The notes under the pieces: generated by a model | Databases searched by the model: none | What the model was told of the DNA's origin: nothing | The model's input: the letters and a program-made list of their open reading frames with translations, nothing else | Shown here: positions 22,370 to 32,200 of the stretch, piece after piece | Layout: every line of letters starts with the position of its first letter | How positions within the stretch are numbered: position 1 is the first letter of the stretch | Virus record (IMG/VR): IMGVR_UViG_3300027736_001324 | Location: 1-64,000 of that record | Direction: 5' to 3' (one strand) | DNA: 64,000 nucleotides | Translations under genes and position numbers: made by a program

Positions 22370-23125
22370 TTACGCTTTTTTACAGTTGTCTCCGTGCCAT
22401 CTTGCGTAACCATTAACTGCTACCTGTTGATTACAATGTGGGCACAATTTCTTTTCACGCTTTGATCCCGTTAATGCTGCTATCTTCTTTGCGATTGTTT
22501 CAGGTGATTGTTTTCTTCCTATTGCTTTTTCTTTCATCTTTTGTTTAGTTTGCTCACTGTGAGTTTTATTGAACATTGGATTATTCTCACTGCGCTTTTT
22601 AACTGCCATTTTTTCTACCCATTCTGCTGAGAACGGGGAGCGTTTCTTTCCTAACTTGCTTTCTGATATTTTTTTGCGAGACTCTACTTTTTTTGCACCA
22701 TTTTTTTCTCCTAATACTGCTTCACGCTGTCTAGTATATCCTTCTTTACTACGATAAAATTTATCACCGTACATTGGATTATTTTCACCACTAAATCTTT
22801 CACTCTGTAATCTAGTATATTCTTCTTTTAGTTTTGCATATACTCTACTTGTTATTTTTGTATCGTATCGTTGTTGATTTTTATTCTCTGCTCTCATCAT
22901 TCTAAGAGCATTGAGCATCTTCCAATGTTCTTCACCGGTAGGATATATTTTTGTTAGTAACCAATGACACACAAAATGCTCTCTGGCTGTAATATAGATA
23001 AGATTAGATTCATTATCCGTTCCACCAAGACTTCTAGGCAATATGTGATGATGTTCGTAACCAGGAAGTTTTTCATGCTTACCGATCGCAACTATTTGAT
23101 TATACCATTTTTTATATTTGTTCAT
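22370..23125 (-). CDS. Free-standing HNH homing endonuclease with NUMOD3-like repeats and C-terminal Cys/His motif
   Basis: EHHHILPRSLGGTD...N...REHFVCH; NPMYG/NPMFNKTHSEQTK repeats; CPHC...HGDNC. Confidence 0.85.
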   Translation of the reverse strand: MNKYKKWYNQIVAIGKHEKLPGYEHHHILPRSLGGTDNESNLIYITAREHFVCHWLLTKIYPTGEEHWKMLNALRMMRAENKNQQRYDTKITSRVYAKLKEEYTRLQSERFSGENNPMYGDKFYRSKEGYTRQREAVLGEKNGAKKVESRKKISESKLGKKRSPFSAEWVEKMAVKKRSENNPMFNKTHSEQTKQKMKEKAIGRKQSPETIAKKIAALTGSKREKKLCPHCNQQVAVNGYARWHGDNCKKA

Positions 23126-23182
23126 AATAGTATTTATGTTTGTTAATTCAATATAATATACTACTACTTAAATATATCCAAC

Positions 23183-23209
23183 AAAAAAGGGTGCCGAAGC
23201 ACCCTTTTT
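23183..23209 (-). terminator. Intrinsic terminator after the major capsid gene (possibly bidirectional)
   Basis: Minus strand AAAAAGGGTGC-TTCG-GCACCCTTTTTT. Confidence 0.9.
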
Positions 23210-23238
23210 GATTTGAGTAAAGAAACTCGGTTTCGTTT

Positions 23239-24435
23239 TTATTGAAACGTAAGGTTCGAAACTGCTATTTCCCCAACATAGTCAGCCGCATTGCCAAACG
23301 AACTAGCAGTATTAGTTAGCTCGATGTAGCCATACCTTGTCATAAATGACACGACTGGTTCGAATGTTGATGGATCTAGAACAACACCACTGCTCATCAA
23401 TGGAATGTATGGGCAATAGAATGCTGCTGCATCAGTTTCGCTTGAACCTTTGTAACCAACCAATACAGGTTGTGTATCAGGTGCATAGCTGTTTACGAAT
23501 ACACGCATAGCGCCATTCAATGTACCAACGAACTTAGTGTTTGTTGGAGCTTCAAATGTACCTTCTGTTGTACGAGCAAAAGCTGAAGTAGTTGCTGATT
23601 GCAATACTGTCAATGAAGCTGGAGATACAACAGCCCAGTTACCAGCACCACGACGGGTACGTTGAGCGATCAAGTTAGCAACACGATTGATGAGAACAGC
23701 TAAAGCAGCATGTTCGTCACCAACGTATGTAGCTGTACCAGATACAGTAGCTTGGTTGTATGTGTACTCAGTTGTAGCTAGAGTAGCAAGAGACAATAGA
23801 ATTTCTTGGTCGATTTCAGCAGTAATTTCTTGTGCTAGTGCGGCCATGATTTCTGCTTCAACGTCAATCCCGTGTTGTGATTGTGCGTCTTGAGCAGCTT
23901 CGAATGTCCAACGTGCTTGTAACTTACGTGACTTAGCTTCAACGGCTTGACGCAAGATTTGCACAGAGATTTGCTTACCACCGTTGCCTTCAAGGGCAGC
24001 AGTATCGTTACCTGTGTAGTAACTAGTTGTATCAGTACCATACGGTGTACGTGAATATGCTTGAGCAATCAAGAATGGACTTAATGCTTCTTGACCAGCT
24101 GTAACACTAGTTTGAGCAGCACTGTTGTCTGTTAAATTGTTTGCATAGCGAACACGTAGAGTATGAATCTGACCAACTGGTCCTGTCATTGGTTGAACAC
24201 CAACCAATTCGTTAGCGATAACGGTTGGCATGACACGACGGATAACTGGAAGAATCACACGGTTTAATGTAGCGATGTTACCAGCAGTTGTTGTACCTGC
24301 TGAAGATTCAGCAAGTAGTTGCTTTTTGGTGTTTTCTAAGATAACACCCATAGTTGAACGGCGAGTTCCTTTTAGACCTTCTAACAGGGCTTCCTTGGTC
24401 TCGTTCCAACGGCCTTCTAATAATACTTTTGACAT
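23239..24435 (-). CDS. gp23: Major capsid protein, T4 gp23-like
   Basis: GVQPMTGPVGQI, AKSRKLQARWTFEAAQD, EITAEIDQEI, FYCPYIPL, MTRYG motifs; AGGAG SD. Confidence 0.97.
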   Translation of the reverse strand: MSKVLLEGRWNETKEALLEGLKGTRRSTMGVILENTKKQLLAESSAGTTTAGNIATLNRVILPVIRRVMPTVIANELVGVQPMTGPVGQIHTLRVRYANNLTDNSAAQTSVTAGQEALSPFLIAQAYSRTPYGTDTTSYYTGNDTAALEGNGGKQISVQILRQAVEAKSRKLQARWTFEAAQDAQSQHGIDVEAEIMAALAQEITAEIDQEILLSLATLATTEYTYNQATVSGTATYVGDEHAALAVLINRVANLIAQRTRRGAGNWAVVSPASLTVLQSATTSAFARTTEGTFEAPTNTKFVGTLNGAMRVFVNSYAPDTQPVLVGYKGSSETDAAAFYCPYIPLMSSGVVLDPSTFEPVVSFMTRYGYIELTNTASSFGNAADYVGEIAVSNLTFQ

Positions 24436-24462
24436 TTTATATTCTCCTAAATTATGTCTTTT

Positions 24463-25563
24463 TTATAGCCCTGCCAGGCGTTTGATATCGATAACGTTAT
24501 CACGTTGTTCCATATCTACTTCTTGTGGTTTGGCAGATTTATCACCAGTAACTTCTTGAACACTTTCACGTAGAGTGGTCTTAGTAGACTTTCTCTCTGT
24601 TCCACTGTTTAGAACTGCTGGTAGATACTTGTCGAAAGTGCTTTGCAACTTTGGTGTTTGCACACTTTCTAGTAAGTCCTTCATTATAGATCCTTTTTCT
24701 GCGTTTAATGGAGCAAGTAAATCACTCATCATTTTTTCACGCTGATTAGACTCTTTAATGATACGAACTTCACGTTCCTTTGTCTCAATCAATTTTTTAG
24801 TTTGATTGATTACGTTAGTAGATTCGGCTAATTGTTGGTCTTTCAATTGTAGAGCATTCATTAGTTTACGTGTTTCAGCTTTATCATTTAAATGAGTAAC
24901 TGAGAACTCGCTTGCAAAACTTTCAAATATTCTACGTCCAAAATTGTTCTCACGAGCAACTTTGATATCTTCCTTCAACTGTCCTAATTCACCCTTTAGA
25001 TGTGATGTTACAACGGTATTCAATCTCTTAGCAGATTCAGTCACAAAACGTGACTTCAATCTTTCAAGTTGTTGACGACCTTCAGCAACTAACTTGACCT
25101 TTGCTTCAACTACAGCTTGTTTGTCTTGTGTAAATTCTTTAATTTCACGTGCCAATGCATGAACAATAAATTGTTCTAGTTTAGCTTGACTTTCCATTTG
25201 TAGTTTACGTTCAGAGCGTAATTCTTTAATTTCTTCAGCTAGTTTAGTAACCATGAAATTATTGAATTTAACTGCGCTTTCACGCAATTGTTGTTTAGCT
25301 TGTACGCGGTCTTCGTTCATTGCTTGTCTTTCAGTTTGAAATTCTTGAATTTCTTCTGATAGACTTTCTGTAACCATTTTATCTAGGGCTTCTACCATTA
25401 CGATTCTGTCATGTTCATAACGTTGTGCGAATTCTTCACGTAATTCAACACGTACTTGCTCACGTGCCTCTTGTAACTTAGATTCCCATGCTTCGTTAAG
25501 AGCCTGGCCTACATCTTCGTTAATAAGTCCACTTTCAAGTAATGGCTTGATAGCATCAAACAT
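24463..25563 (-). CDS. gp22: Prohead scaffold/core protein, gp22-like
   Basis: Charged coiled-coil protein between protease and capsid genes, with many L/I-x-E motifs. Confidence 0.8.
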   Translation of the reverse strand: MFDAIKPLLESGLINEDVGQALNEAWESKLQEAREQVRVELREEFAQRYEHDRIVMVEALDKMVTESLSEEIQEFQTERQAMNEDRVQAKQQLRESAVKFNNFMVTKLAEEIKELRSERKLQMESQAKLEQFIVHALAREIKEFTQDKQAVVEAKVKLVAEGRQQLERLKSRFVTESAKRLNTVVTSHLKGELGQLKEDIKVARENNFGRRIFESFASEFSVTHLNDKAETRKLMNALQLKDQQLAESTNVINQTKKLIETKEREVRIIKESNQREKMMSDLLAPLNAEKGSIMKDLLESVQTPKLQSTFDKYLPAVLNSGTERKSTKTTLRESVQEVTGDKSAKPQEVDMEQRDNVIDIKRLAGL

Positions 25564-25575
25564 GCTGTTTCCCCT

Positions 25576-26211
25576 TTATTTAATTTTGAGATCATTGATT
25601 AGACGAAGGACTTCGCTTTTCAAGTATTTCTCTACTTTCTTGTTGCCCTGTGCGTCTTTTGCAATATCCAACATTCTATGACCATGACGTAAATTCATCA
25701 TGCCTTCATAGATTGCTTTAGGATACGCATTAGGTGCGCTTGGTTGTGCAACAATATCCACAGTGACTATTTCAAAGTCACTTACTTTGCCGTTCATATC
25801 GTCAACGTTACCGCTGCCACGACTTGAAACGCCGAGTTTGACACCACTCTCCAACATAGTAGCAACTAGTTGCCCCATTGGAGTTGGTAATATCTTTAAC
25901 TTTCCGAACCCGTTAGCACCGTCCATCCACATGCTTGTAATCATATGTGATACACGGTCTAGGTTGATCTTTAAATCATCTGGGTGATCTACTTCACCTA
26001 ATACAGAATGACCTTCTGTAATCTGTTCGTTTAATGTTTGTACAGCGGATTCGATTTCGGAAACAGGGTAAATACGCTCGTTAGCGTTTTTTACCCCGCC
26101 CTGAATGAAGATACCTTTCATATAAAGGTTCTTCTTATCACCTTCACTTACACTTTCAACCACCATGCTTGCGCGGTCAAACGTCAAGTGCTCCTTGAGA
26201 TACAAAGCCAT
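25576..26211 (-). CDS. gp21: Prohead protease, gp21-like
   Basis: KNANERIYP, LGEVDHP, GVSSRGSG, DIVAQPSAP motifs. Confidence 0.95.
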   Translation of the reverse strand: MALYLKEHLTFDRASMVVESVSEGDKKNLYMKGIFIQGGVKNANERIYPVSEIESAVQTLNEQITEGHSVLGEVDHPDDLKINLDRVSHMITSMWMDGANGFGKLKILPTPMGQLVATMLESGVKLGVSSRGSGNVDDMNGKVSDFEIVTVDIVAQPSAPNAYPKAIYEGMMNLRHGHRMLDIAKDAQGNKKVEKYLKSEVLRLINDLKIK

Positions 26212-26224
26212 TCTCTCAGATTCC

Positions 26225-27052
26225 TTATATTCTACGCTTTACTGTCTTGCGTGATTCAGCAACAGGGCTCTTAGCATTAGATCCATCATCAGCCTTTTTA
26301 GGAGCCGGAGCCTTTTCTAAGTCAGCATTGTTTTGTGCCGGAGCATTCTTCCAGTTGTTAGCGTTCTTTACACTTGTTTCACCTTTTGAGTAGAAGTTGC
26401 TAGGTCCTTTAGGACTTGTAGGAACTGTCTCACTAGCGCCACTGAACTTTACTGGACGACTGTCCATTCCAGCTTGTCCACTGTTGTTTAAACTTGTGCT
26501 TTTTGTGTTCTGACCGTTGTCACCATGAGTAACAGATACTTTCTTCAAAGTAATTGCTTCCATCATAGCTTCTTCGTCATGATCTTGTTCCATGTCATGT
26601 GTTAAATCTTCACCATCTTCTTCAGCATGGTCATCAAATTCAGCGTCAGACTCATCGTCACCCATTTCTGAGTCGCCATTACCCATGATTTCTTCAAATT
26701 CAGCCATCAATTGGTCTAATTTATCTTCAATGCTTACTAGACGATCTTCAACACCTTCATCGTCCATGTCATCGTCGGCTTCGATATCAACGATATCGTC
26801 ATCACCGTCGTCATCAAAGTCAATTTCATCTTCTTCCTCTTCGGTCATGCCTTCTTCTTCAGCACTGATTTCAGCCATCATCTCGCCTACTTGACCGCCT
26901 GGGTTCATGCCTTCATCCATTTCATCGGACATTATATCTTCATAGATTTCGCGGCTTTTTTCAACTACGATATCGTGAAATAATGCACGGGCTTGTTCTT
27001 CGTTCTCGTTGATAATCAAATCAATAAGTTGTTCAAATTTTTTGTGGTCCAT
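26225..27052 (-). CDS. Highly acidic prohead core-type protein
   Basis: D/E-rich; located in the head module; AGGAG SD and TAAATA upstream. Confidence 0.6.
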   Translation of the reverse strand: MDHKKFEQLIDLIINENEEQARALFHDIVVEKSREIYEDIMSDEMDEGMNPGGQVGEMMAEISAEEEGMTEEEEDEIDFDDDGDDDIVDIEADDDMDDEGVEDRLVSIEDKLDQLMAEFEEIMGNGDSEMGDDESDAEFDDHAEEDGEDLTHDMEQDHDEEAMMEAITLKKVSVTHGDNGQNTKSTSLNNSGQAGMDSRPVKFSGASETVPTSPKGPSNFYSKGETSVKNANNWKNAPAQNNADLEKAPAPKKADDGSNAKSPVAESRKTVKRRI

Positions 27053-27147
27053 TGTTTGTTTCTCCTAAGTAATGGCTTTGTATTATATTTACACCATATC
27101 TTAACAAACAGTGTTATAAGTACTGTTTTTTTACGTTTTTAGGAGAG

Positions 27148-27375
27148 TTATACGGTTGGTGCGCCTGCTTCGGGCTTAACACCATATTGTTCGTGTACTT
27201 TTTTGATATACTTTGCTTTTTCAAAATTACGAACATCTAACATTTTTCTAAGTTTGCGTATCTGTCTTAATGTTAGTTTTGTCTTACGACTTTCTTTCCA
27301 CTTTGGTTTGCTGTTGTCCGCTTCGGTATCTTGGTAGCCTTCTACGGCGGGATTAAACATTTCAAAGAGTTTCAT
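27148..27375 (-). CDS. Small basic hypothetical protein (75 aa)
   Basis: Fills the gap after portal; TAAATA 7 nt upstream of the ATG. Confidence 0.7.
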   Translation of the reverse strand: MKLFEMFNPAVEGYQDTEADNSKPKWKESRKTKLTLRQIRKLRKMLDVRNFEKAKYIKKVHEQYGVKPEAGAPTV

Positions 27376-27390
27376 AGATATGTATTTATC

Positions 27391-29187
27391 TTACATTGCA
27401 TTACCGGTCGGTGCTGGCATTCCACCCGGAGTGTTTCCAGCATCAGTAACTGGACCTGCTACTTCTGGACCACCTGCTTCGCCTTCTTCTGGTTGATTTT
27501 CAATACTATCAGCAGTTTCCATGTCAGCATCTATGTCGCCGGCGCTAACGCCAATATTACGTAAATCACTACTTGATGGTTCAACATCAGTGTCTTTGCC
27601 GTTTTCTTCACGCCACATCTTCTCATTCTTATTGATTTCTTCTTCACTTAATCCCAAGAATCTTTCCAAAGCAAAACGTTTACTCATATAAGGAAACGCT
27701 TCCATTGCTTGAAATGTAGCAACTCTAGCTGTATCTAATTCACTTTGACGATAAGCAGCAAAGTTTTGTGGAGGATTAAACTCTAGTGTAAACAATCCAC
27801 TATCAATGTTAAACCCTCTCCAACGCAAGAATAACTTGAATTCTTCATCTAGCTTATGACTCAAATACTTCTGTAAACGTTCGCAATATTGATTGAAACG
27901 AAACTCTTGTATCATTGCTGTACCAACACGGCCATCACTTAATGGAGTGGTATTATCATCAGGACCAGTGGGTAAATATGAACTTGGGACACGTAAACCA
28001 CGTGCTAATCTATTGTTAAAGTACTTCAAGTCATCAATTTCACCAAGATTTTGTCCGCCGGGCAATACTTCAACACTACTTCCGCGCCCATCAGCAGTGA
28101 CTGGGAAGAAGTAATCTTCGTTCATACTCAATGGATTGTATGTAGCGTCAACGATTGCGGAACCACCATGAACTGATGGAATACGTCTTTGGTGAATCTC
28201 ATTCTTAATACGTTCAACGAAAGCCATAGCTAAGTGACTTGGCATGTTACCAACGTCAATCTTAAACATTCTACGTTCTGGAGCACGTTGTACACGATAG
28301 ATAAGAACCGCATCTTCTAATAATTCTTTCTGCTTGTAAACTTTGAAAATGTTTTCTAAGATACTTTGTCCAAAAGGCCAAAAACGATCTAGTCCTTCAG
28401 TTAAACTCAAGTGAACAATGTGTTTAGCATCAATTGCTGATTCACTTTGTCCTAATGTAAAACGACTACCAGTAGTGTTGTAGGGCATACTTGGAACAGT
28501 ATATCCACCGCCGCCTCCGCCACCAGAGCCGCCGCCTGTACCACCTAACCCAGTTGCTGGATTAGCAGCAAAGTCTGAATTAGTTTTTTGTGCTACGGTA
28601 AGATTCTGTAAGTTAATGTTAATGTCTTTGATGACATATTGTTCTGGCTTCTTGCCTTCACTTTCGTTAACAATAACTTTAATAACTTTAGTATTATCAA
28701 TCCAGTATAGTTTAAAGTTTTCTGGATCACGAACAAAAACTTGATCTCCATACTTGATAGTATTACGGAAAATTTTAAATGTTCTTGTTCCAAATTCGTT
28801 TAGTTTACACCATTGTTGTAATTGTGTCTTAAGCAATTCTACCTCATGAGGGGTTGGATCCTCAGTAAATGCTAAGTTAAATGGGGTATCGTTATGTTCG
28901 TTTTTCTGTGTGCTGAATTCGCTAATGATATCTAAACATGCGTTAATTTCAGCATCAACGTCCATCATTTCATATTGATTATATCGTTCAATACGATTTG
29001 GGTGACCAGTATAGACTTCTGGAAGTCTAGACATATAGTTTTTATAACCCATCTCATGGTTATTCCAGCCACCAGTTGATGAAGCGTTTTGTCCAGGACT
29101 GCCGTTCCATGCACCGGTATTGCTATTTCCGCCGCCAATTGGACTAGAGATACCACTTTTATTTGTAAAACGTTTTTTATAGGTCAT
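27391..29187 (-). CDS. gp20: Portal protein, gp20-like
   Basis: LEDAVLIYRVQRAPERRMFKIDVGNMP, EDYFFP, LPGGQNLGEIDD motifs. Confidence 0.97.
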   Translation of the reverse strand: MTYKKRFTNKSGISSPIGGGNSNTGAWNGSPGQNASSTGGWNNHEMGYKNYMSRLPEVYTGHPNRIERYNQYEMMDVDAEINACLDIISEFSTQKNEHNDTPFNLAFTEDPTPHEVELLKTQLQQWCKLNEFGTRTFKIFRNTIKYGDQVFVRDPENFKLYWIDNTKVIKVIVNESEGKKPEQYVIKDININLQNLTVAQKTNSDFAANPATGLGGTGGGSGGGGGGGYTVPSMPYNTTGSRFTLGQSESAIDAKHIVHLSLTEGLDRFWPFGQSILENIFKVYKQKELLEDAVLIYRVQRAPERRMFKIDVGNMPSHLAMAFVERIKNEIHQRRIPSVHGGSAIVDATYNPLSMNEDYFFPVTADGRGSSVEVLPGGQNLGEIDDLKYFNNRLARGLRVPSSYLPTGPDDNTTPLSDGRVGTAMIQEFRFNQYCERLQKYLSHKLDEEFKLFLRWRGFNIDSGLFTLEFNPPQNFAAYRQSELDTARVATFQAMEAFPYMSKRFALERFLGLSEEEINKNEKMWREENGKDTDVEPSSSDLRNIGVSAGDIDADMETADSIENQPEEGEAGGPEVAGPVTDAGNTPGGMPAPTGNAM

Positions 29188-29208
29188 AATATTATCTAGT
29201 ATTTAGTG

Positions 29209-32200
29209 TTAAACCTGAGAATACTTTAATATTTTGTCGGAGATATTGTTACCATCTCTAATAGCAGATATCATCGAATCAAATTTATCTTCCATGAGAT
29301 CGTGTATTCCTGCTAATATTTCAGCAGACTGGTCTACTTTGGAACTTGATATGTTATCATTTGCCATTACAGTAGACAATGGTTCTTTCTTTGGAGGGTT
29401 AGTTTCTTGTTCTGATTTTTCTACTCTAATCTTTTCACCTGGGTTCAATGGAACTGCTGCTTCTCTTAAGCCAGCTTCAGCTAGATTTACATGTACCCCG
29501 CCCGGTCTTGGCTCAAATACGCCGCCGTCAAATGCATTTAGTTGACCATGAAAATGTCCACCTGTTCGGAATGCGCCCGAAGTATCATTGTATTCATCTT
29601 TAACTAAATCTAGTCCCAATGCTTTTAGTTGTGATTTTATTTTCTCACCTTCTTCTTTTGAAGGGGTTTTATTTAGAGAAAAGTCAAATGCTTTTCCTTT
29701 AGTATGCTGCGATTTTGGAGTATTTTCAGTATGATAAACATCATTAAATCCAGTGAATTGTGAAAACCCTGGAATAGTTTCCTGAACCTTTTTTGCTATA
29801 TCAATAAGTTTAGGATCAATATCTCCGTTATTTTTCTGAAGGTCACGGCCCGGGCTAAAAATCAGTCCTATCTTCTTAAGCATATCCGTACCTGCTTTAA
29901 TCATCCCTCCCGAAGTAGATGCTTGTGGTACAGGGGCTGAACCTGATGCTCCACTGCCCGCAGCAGTGGCCGGTGCGCCGGCCGGCGCAGTTGTTGATCC
30001 ATCGCCGCCGGGCGCCGGTGCAATTGCCGAAAGTATTTGAGACAGTACGTTAGGTAACATATCTGTTACCTTATTCATACTAATAATTAGTTTGTCTGAT
30101 GTTTTAGTTTGTTTCTCTAATAATTTATTATTGTCTTTAGATAAATCGTTGTTTATTTTTCCTAATTCAACCGTCTTAGCTGATACATCAATTGATCCAG
30201 AAAAGTTAGAATTAAGTTTCAATATCTGAGCATACCGTTGATCATTATCACCCTTGGCACCAGTACCACCTATCATGCCACTAAGTACATCCAATGGCAT
30301 AATTGCTTCTGGCTTGCCTTTTTCACCTACTGTAACTGTCGTACCTTTTTCAGTACCCGGAACAAGGCCTCCCTTTTCTTTCTTAGGTGGTATATCTGCT
30401 GCAGGTGTTGCCTCAGTGGGGGTTGCTTTTGCCCAGATTCTCTCCCTATTTGCAGCAGCAGAACGTCCTTGGGGAGAATTATCATAAAGCGGTGCTGTAA
30501 CAGGTACTGTCTGGTTTGTCCGCAATGCCTGGGCTTGTGCAGTTGTTGTAACCGGTGCTGCAACAGGTGCTGCAACAGGTGCTGCAACAGGTGGTTTGGC
30601 AGTTGTTGTAACCGGTGCTGCTGCAGGTGCTTCCTCTGCGGAGTCGTCAATTGCGTCATTTGCATTTATAGTTTTTACTGGGTTTTTTCCTCTACCTACA
30701 TATGCATTCATTGTACCTTCTTGAGTGCTTGATCCCGATTGTGTGGCTATTTTTAATTTGTTAGATTTAGCTAATTTTAATTGTTCCTCTACTTTTGCAT
30801 AATCTGCATTTTCTTTTTTAAGTACTGCTTCTTTTTCAGCCGTTTGTTTATCTACTAATGCCCTTTCAGCTTCAATTCTGTCTTTAGTAAGTTTGGTTTG
30901 TTTTTCTTGAAGTGCTGCTAATTCTTTAGATACATCGGTACCGTTTGCTCTTTTCTTTTCTATTTGTTTGGCTTCTTCACCCAAAGCAACTTGTTTTGCC
31001 AAGAAAAGTTGATTTTGCTGGACACGTTGAGCCTCAAACTTTTCTTTAAAGTCCTCGGTTGATCTTCCCATCTTATCTTCGAGTGCAGCTTTATCTTCTG
31101 TCAACTCTTTTTGTTTTACTAATAATGCTTTTTCTTTTTCTAATGTTTTTACACGATCACCCCACAATGCCAATTCTTCACGATTTGCAGAAGTGTTTTC
31201 TCCTTTTTTTATTTTTTCTTCAACTGCTGCTTTTCTTGCGTTAGCACTATCTATTTGTTCTTGTTTTTTGTCTATGTTTATTCCTATGTTTTCAGCCTCA
31301 CCTCTAGTACCTTTAAATGCAGCATTATACATTTGTTTAGCGGCTGTCAACATTGAAGATGCAGCTTTACCAAACATACCGCCGGCTTCTTTCATCTGAT
31401 TAGCTGCGCCTAATTGACCATTTAATAATTGAGTTTGTTTAGCTATTGCTTCATCCTGTGTCTTTCTCCCTGTTTCTACATCACTGGTGGTTCTTGGATC
31501 TTTAGCAACTCGTGATAGCATTTGATCCATTGCCTTCTCATCAAATGGTTTACCTTTATTTTTAGGATCTTTTTCCCATTCTAGCCTAAGTTTGTTTGCA
31601 TTATCAAAGGTATTAATACCATCTAATAATTTTGGAATGTCAAGGTCTGCAAGTCCACTAATAGCATCTGATTTTATTCTTGCTAGTGGTGCTAATTCTT
31701 TAAAACCAGCTCTTAATTCGTTACTCAATGTCCCCAATCTAGTCTGAGCAGTACCTTCTCCCTTTCTATATTGTTCTATCGTTCCACCGATCATTCTTAT
31801 AGCCTTAGCAGAAGAAGAATCAACTATTTGTCCGTTATTAGCCGCCGCTTTAGCTGTACCGGTTGCTAATTCTTTTTGACCAATAAGTTCTAACTTAGAC
31901 ACTAGATCCATCTGGCGTTGTAATGATAATACTCTTAACTCAGCTTCTTTATCTCCTCCCTTTGCTTTTTCTTGTTCATCAAATATAGCTGCACGTAATT
32001 CAGATTGAGCCATTGCAAGGTCACGGGCATTTTCTTGTTCTTTTCGTGAGGCTCCGGTCAATGCTGCTGTTTTGTCTAACTCACTAATATAATTTTGAGT
32101 ACCTTTAATTAAATCTTGTTTTGATTTACCTTCAAGTAATCCAAATCTAGCCTGCATTGCCATGTATTTTTGAGCATGTTCCATTTGAGCATTTTGGCTA

